This document shows positions 59,249-64,000 of a stretch of 64,000 bases of DNA, piece by piece. The notes below the pieces were generated by a model. The model was not told where the DNA came from, did not search any database, and saw only the letters and a list, made by a program, of their open reading frames with translations. How positions within the stretch are numbered: the first letter of the stretch is position 1; every line of letters starts with the position of its first letter. Made by a program: the position numbers and the translations under genes. Origin of the DNA: Kiritimatiellia bacterium (GTDB lineage Bacteria > Verrucomicrobiota > Kiritimatiellia > CAIKKV01 > CAITUY01); contig JBBQNS010000002.1 in assembly GCA_038330175.1 (NCBI GenBank), forward strand, positions 13,566-77,565. Direction: 5' to 3'.

Positions 59249-61834
59249 ATGAAAGGCGCTGAGATGAATAAACCGATATGTGATCGTTCTGAGACTGGGG
59301 AATTTAAGTTGGGAGGTTGTCTTGCGCCCTATCTGAGCGGGATCACCGAACAGTGGCTGAAAGTGGTGCCATCCGCCAATCCCGGAATGCTGGAAATGTA
59401 CGCCGACCGGGATTGTCGCCCCTATCGGGATCTGGTGCCGTGGGCGGGCGAATTCTCCGGAAAATACCTGACAGGCGCTGTGCAGGTTCTGAGGTTGACC
59501 CGCGATCCTGATCTGAAGCGCACGCTCGAGGGGTTCGTCAAAGAACTAATGTCTCTTCAGGACAAAGATGGCTATCTGGGTCCGTGGCCAGCAGATTCCC
59601 ATGTGACGAACAAGGTCGTCTATCCGGATGGGCGGGTGCACTGGACGTGGGATACGTGGGGACACTATCACAACTCGCTTGGATTGATGTTGTGGTACGA
59701 GGAGACGGGGGACAGGAAAGCGCTCAAGTGCGTGAAGCGGATGGCAGACCTGATGTGCGCCAGATACCTGGCGCCAAAGGGACCTCGGATGGTCGAGACT
59801 GGGAGCACGGAGATGAATATGGCTCCGGCCCACAGTTTGTGTCTGCTCTACAAGAAGACCGGCGAACGAAAATACCTCGATCTCGCGCGCCAGATTGTGG
59901 ACGAGGAATTCGCCGCCAAGGATGCGACGGGTACGTGGTTGACGGGGGACTATCTGAACGGACCGCTGGCCGGTTTGGAGTTTTTCGAGCTTCCGAAACC
60001 GCGCTGGGAGAGCCTGCATCCGATTATGGCGATGGCGGAGTTGTTTCACATCACCGGTGAGGAGAAATACCGCGAGGCCTTCGGGCGTATCTGGAGGAGC
60101 ATTGCCAACCTGGATCGGCACAATAACGGCGGCTTTTCGTCGGGCGAACAGGCCTATGGCAATCCATTCCTGCCATACCCCATCGAGACCTGTTGCACGA
60201 TCGCGTGGACGGCAATGACCGTAGAGATGCTGCGCCTGACCGGTGATCCAGTCGTCGCGGATGAGTTGGAGTTGACGCTTTTGAATTCAATCGTCGGCAT
60301 GCATTCTTTCACGGGCCGGTGGGCCACCTACAACACTCCGATGGATGGAGTCCGCCGGGCCAGCGCCCACGACATCGTGTTTCAGTCCCGCGAGGGGACG
60401 CCCGAATTGAATTGCTGCAGTGTCAACAGCGTTCGTGGCTTCGGGATGCTGAGCGACTGGGCGTTGATGCAGGACGAAAGCAGCCTGATCCTGAACTGGT
60501 ACGGGGCGGGTGTGATGAAAGCTGTTTTGCCAGGCAAGGTGGGGGTCGCCCTGACCCAGACGACCGACTATCCTCGGGACGGCAAAATCCTCCTGGGTGT
60601 TGCGCCCTCCCGCGCGGCGGAGTTCACGCTCAAACTGCGCATTCCCCGCTGGTCCGGCAAGACCACCGTCAAGGTCAACGGTGAAGCGGTCAAGGGTGTT
60701 CGCGCGGGAACCTACCTGGCCCTCACGCGTAAATGGCGGAAGGGTGACGAGATTGCCCTGACACTCGATATGACGCTCCATTTCTGGACGGGCGAGTTGG
60801 AGTGCGCGGGTAAGGTATCGGTTTATCGGGGGCCGATTCTGCTGACGTATGACCGCCGTTTCAATGATTTAGACGCGGATGACGTTCCTTTCATTGGTGG
60901 GAAGAACATCAAGGGGCGCGTGCTGGCATGGAAGGGGCGTGTGCCCCCGGTTCTACTGATGGAATTTACCGCAACCGACGGGCGCCGAGTGCAATTATGC
61001 GATCACGGCAGTGCCGGCGAGGGTGGAACGTCCTACCGTTCGTGGCTGCCCCTGCACTCCTCCGGAGCGGCGTTGCCTGAGTTCTTCGCAAGTTCCCGCC
61101 AGGTGCTGGATTGCGCCGAACTCCAGCGGTTTGCCTGCCAATACCGCCAGCTCCCCATTCTCCGGAAACAGATGACGACCGGATGGCCGAAACCCGAGCA
61201 CCTGATCGTGCAGTTGACGAACCTGGAACAAAGCTGGCCCCGATTTGATGCGGCTTGCGTCCGGGTTCGTGCCTTGCTGGGCCGTGACCCGGAGTGCGCG
61301 CTCGCCAAGGCACTTCAGGAAACGCTGGTGCGAATAGAGCGTGAACTCGGGATACCCGACGCGGCGTTCCTGGATCGGGTAGCCCGTATGAAGGACGAAA
61401 TTGTGAAAGAATATAAACTGCCTCACCGGTTCACTGTTTTTGAAGCGAGTCAGTTATTGCCGCCAGTGACCGTCATCGGCGACGTGCAACGCCCGCCGGC
61501 GGGGTTGGCGTTCAAACCCGTCACGACCATTACCAGCGAGAGTTTCTGCGACATTCGATCCTTTCATGACGCAAAGAACGGGCTTCTGTACATCAGAACC
61601 GCCTTTACCGCGCGAGAGGGCGAGTCACGCCGCTTGGTCTATGGAGCGGACGGTGCGGTTAAAGTGTGGGTCAACGGACAGGAGGTCGGCTGTCACCCCG
61701 AGGCCACCAATCCCGCCAAGGCCGATGCGTTTCAGGTGGAAGCGAAATGGCAACCGGGTGTGAATGAGATTGTCTTCGCGCTGGCTACCCATGACGGCAG
61801 GGCATGGGGCGTTTTCGCCAAGCTGACAGCCTGA
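59249..61834 (+). CDS. GH127/GH146-like beta-L-arabinofuranosidase with a ~260-aa C-terminal extension
   Basis: WAGEFSGK, QDKDGYLG, IETCCT and LNCC (Zn/Cys active-site motifs), TDYP, LRIPRW and YRGPILL. No signal peptide. Start may be 59264. Confidence 0.85.
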   Translation: MKGAEMNKPICDRSETGEFKLGGCLAPYLSGITEQWLKVVPSANPGMLEMYADRDCRPYRDLVPWAGEFSGKYLTGAVQVLRLTRDPDLKRTLEGFVKELMSLQDKDGYLGPWPADSHVTNKVVYPDGRVHWTWDTWGHYHNSLGLMLWYEETGDRKALKCVKRMADLMCARYLAPKGPRMVETGSTEMNMAPAHSLCLLYKKTGERKYLDLARQIVDEEFAAKDATGTWLTGDYLNGPLAGLEFFELPKPRWESLHPIMAMAELFHITGEEKYREAFGRIWRSIANLDRHNNGGFSSGEQAYGNPFLPYPIETCCTIAWTAMTVEMLRLTGDPVVADELELTLLNSIVGMHSFTGRWATYNTPMDGVRRASAHDIVFQSREGTPELNCCSVNSVRGFGMLSDWALMQDESSLILNWYGAGVMKAVLPGKVGVALTQTTDYPRDGKILLGVAPSRAAEFTLKLRIPRWSGKTTVKVNGEAVKGVRAGTYLALTRKWRKGDEIALTLDMTLHFWTGELECAGKVSVYRGPILLTYDRRFNDLDADDVPFIGGKNIKGRVLAWKGRVPPVLLMEFTATDGRRVQLCDHGSAGEGGTSYRSWLPLHSSGAALPEFFASSRQVLDCAELQRFACQYRQLPILRKQMTTGWPKPEHLIVQLTNLEQSWPRFDAACVRVRALLGRDPECALAKALQETLVRIERELGIPDAAFLDRVARMKDEIVKEYKLPHRFTVFEASQLLPPVTVIGDVQRPPAGLAFKPVTTITSESFCDIRSFHDAKNGLLYIRTAFTAREGESRRLVYGADGAVKVWVNGQEVGCHPEATNPAKADAFQVEAKWQPGVNEIVFALATHDGRAWGVFAKLTA

Positions 61835-61948
61835 TATTTTCCACTACATTGCCACCATGAAAGCACTCCTTTAGACCGGTTTCAGCGGGCGGGTGCCTGC
61901 GCCGCTTAAGATCGATTTTTTATCACTTGCAGACGATTGAATCATCTG

Positions 61949-63903
61949 ATGCGAAGATCACTGTTAGTTTGTGCGCTCGCTTTGAGTACTCTGTTTGCGC
62001 TGTCATTCGCGCGTGCCGATATTCAACTTAACGCGCTCTTTTCCGACGACATGATTTTACAGCGCGACAAGCCGGTCCCGGTCTGGGGCGTGTCCGCTCC
62101 GCGTGAGAAAGTTTCAGTCTCCATCGGCACGCAAGTACAGAGTACTCAAGCCGATGACAACGGCGATTGGAAAATCATTTTGAATCCGATGCCCACCGCG
62201 ACCGCTTTGGTTTTAAGAGCCACAGGCGAGAAAAATGGTGTGGCATTGAAAAACGTCGCGGTCGGCGATGTGTATTTGTGTTCGGGACAATCGAACATGG
62301 AATGGCCGGTCGAAAAGTCCAATAACGCCGAAGCCGAAATCAAAGCCGCGATTTTTCCAAATATTCGGTTTTTCACCGTTCCCAAGAAAATCACCACCAC
62401 GCCGCAAAGCGGTTTCGCTTCCCCCCCCAATGGCAGGCTTGCACGCCGCAAAGCGTTGCGCGGTTTTCGGCGGTCGGTTATTATTTCGGGCGCGAGTTGC
62501 ATCAGAAATTGAACGTCCCCATTGGCCTTATCAACAATGCTTACAGCGGCTCCTATATTCAGGCCTGGCTGAGCCGCGAGACCCTTTTGAAGCGCGACGA
62601 TTCGCGCGAGCTGGTTCTCGCCACCGAGCAGCGCTTTGCGGTGTGGGGAACCGGAATTCTCACTCTGCCGCAAGTTGCGTGGTTTGAAACCAACGACATC
62701 GGCACACGCGAAGACTGGCAACGTCCCTCCTTCGATGACGCGGCGTGGAAACCATTGAATATGCCGGGCGCGAGGGAAAAGAGCGCGTTGTCGGACTTCG
62801 ACGGATTGGTTTGGCTACGCGCGACCACTGATATTCCCGCATTATGGAACGGCAAGGAAGGAGTACTCAGGCTGGGTGCCATAGACGAAATGGATACCAC
62901 GTTTTGGAACGGCGAAATCGTGGGCGCAAACTCCGCGTTTTTGCCCGGCGCGCGCACTTACAAACTCCCTGTCAAGAAAATGAAAAGTGGCAAAGCGGTA
63001 ATCGCCGTTCGAGTACTCAACACCAAAGGCAAAGGCGGCTTCGTTGGAAAAGATGCGCCGCGTCTGGAACTGGCCGAAGATGCGAACCAAAAAATCGAAA
63101 TTTCCGATTGGAGAATTGCGGCGAGAACTCCGATCAAGGACTTGCCGCCTTTGCCGGGAGATGGACGCGGCGACTTCAATCAGCCGACAGTTTTGCACAA
63201 TGGAATGCTGCGCCCACTCGCGCCTTTTGCCATTCGCGGCGTCGCGTGGTATCAGGGCGAAAGCAATTTATATGACAGCCGTTATCAAGCGCTTTTCACC
63301 GACCTAATCCGAGATTGGCGAACGCTCTGGGGTGCGCAACAAGACGGGAGCGAATTCGGTTTTTATTTCGTGCAACTCGCCAACAACGGGCCACGACAAA
63401 CGCAGCCGGTCGAAAGCGGTTGGGCCGGCCTGCGCGCGGCACAAACACAGATCTTAAAACTTGTGCCACGCACCAACATGGCGCTCGCCCTTGATGTCGG
63501 CGAGATGCACAACGTTCATCCGCGCAACAAGCAGGATGTCGGAAAGCGTCTGGCCAGCGCGGCTTTATTCACGGAATACGGGCAGGACGTGGAGTACTCC
63601 GGCCCTCTGTTTTACCGCGCTGAAAAAGTCGTGGCCAAAAGCGAAATTCGAGTACTCTTTTCTCACGCGACCGGCATCAAAACCACTGACGGCAATGCGC
63701 CGCGTGAATGGGAGTTGCAGGACGACGCAGGCAAGTGGCATAACGCCCAGGCGCGGCTCGAAGGTGAGATCCTGGTGGTTTGGAGCGAGGAAGTACTCGC
63801 GCCGCGCGCTGTCGGTTATGCGTGGAAAGACAACCCGGACGTGAATTTAATAAACGCCGCCGACTTGCCCGCCGCGCCGTTTCGCGCCAAAGTCTTACCG
63901 TGA
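61949..63903 (+). pseudogene. Sialate O-acetylesterase (SASA/SGNH) family gene frameshifted at a C8 tract (62421-62428)
   Basis: Frame 1 has a signal peptide, FSDDMILQRD and VGDVYLCSGQSNM. After the C8 the conserved WQACTP..FSAVGYYFGRELHQKLNVPIGLI, WYQGESN and HPRNK continue in the -1 frame. Confidence 0.85.
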
Positions 63904-63913
63904 ATTCAAACTT

Positions 63914-64000
63914 GTGAAACTCCGATTCATTTTACCCTGCCTCGCGCTGCTTAGTCCGCTCATAGGCATGCACGCCGCGGAGCGCGCGAGTAATCCGCCT
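63914..64000 (+). CDS. 5' end of an exported protein running off the window
   Basis: GTG 10 nt after the previous stop. Open frame VKLRFILPCLALLSPLIGMHAAERASNPP looks like a signal peptide. Confidence 0.55.
   Translation, partial: MKLRFILPCLALLSPLIGMHAAERASNPP

Noticed and set aside
1-64000. CRISPR array, rRNA, integrase/transposase, prophage, or Sec/Pyl read-through
   Set aside because: No regularly spaced repeats, RNA-gene signatures, recombinase ORFs or in-frame-stop-interrupted conserved domains were seen by eye.

Overview
Bacterial genomic window, probably from an anaerobic PVC-superphylum organism (Kiritimatiellia/Lentisphaeria-like). This is inferred from gene content and protein style and was not checked against any database. 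Bases 1-24.3 kb are mostly core genes: the 3' part of ettA, a short ArgA-type GNAT, dnaE and two uncharacterised coiled-coil proteins. These are followed by the minus-strand nusA-infB-rbfA-truB-ribF-rpsO-pnp cluster (no rimP, but a rimP-leader-like hairpin is present), an RRM RNA-binding protein, bioF-bioC, a secreted HExxH protein, the [FeFe]-hydrogenase maturases hydF-hydE and glmS. From a 31-bp perfect inverted repeat at 24.3 kb to the window end lies a ~40 kb glycan-utilisation island. It holds GH42, GH151, GH31, GH78-like, GH39, GH130 and GH127-like enzymes, two esterases, three unclassified candidate glycosidases, two GntR-HTH/LacI-sensor regulators, a SWIM-SNF2 helicase and two very large secreted proteins. 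No transporter gene was seen in the island. Most notable: a short C-terminal GTVYVIR tail that may be a sorting signal, a giant secreted gene split at a 9-bp microhomology, a C8 tract that frameshifts an O-acetylesterase, related motifs in several island promoters, and REP/MITE-like repeats. No rRNA, tRNA, CRISPR array or transposase was seen. All family calls come from motif recognition by eye.
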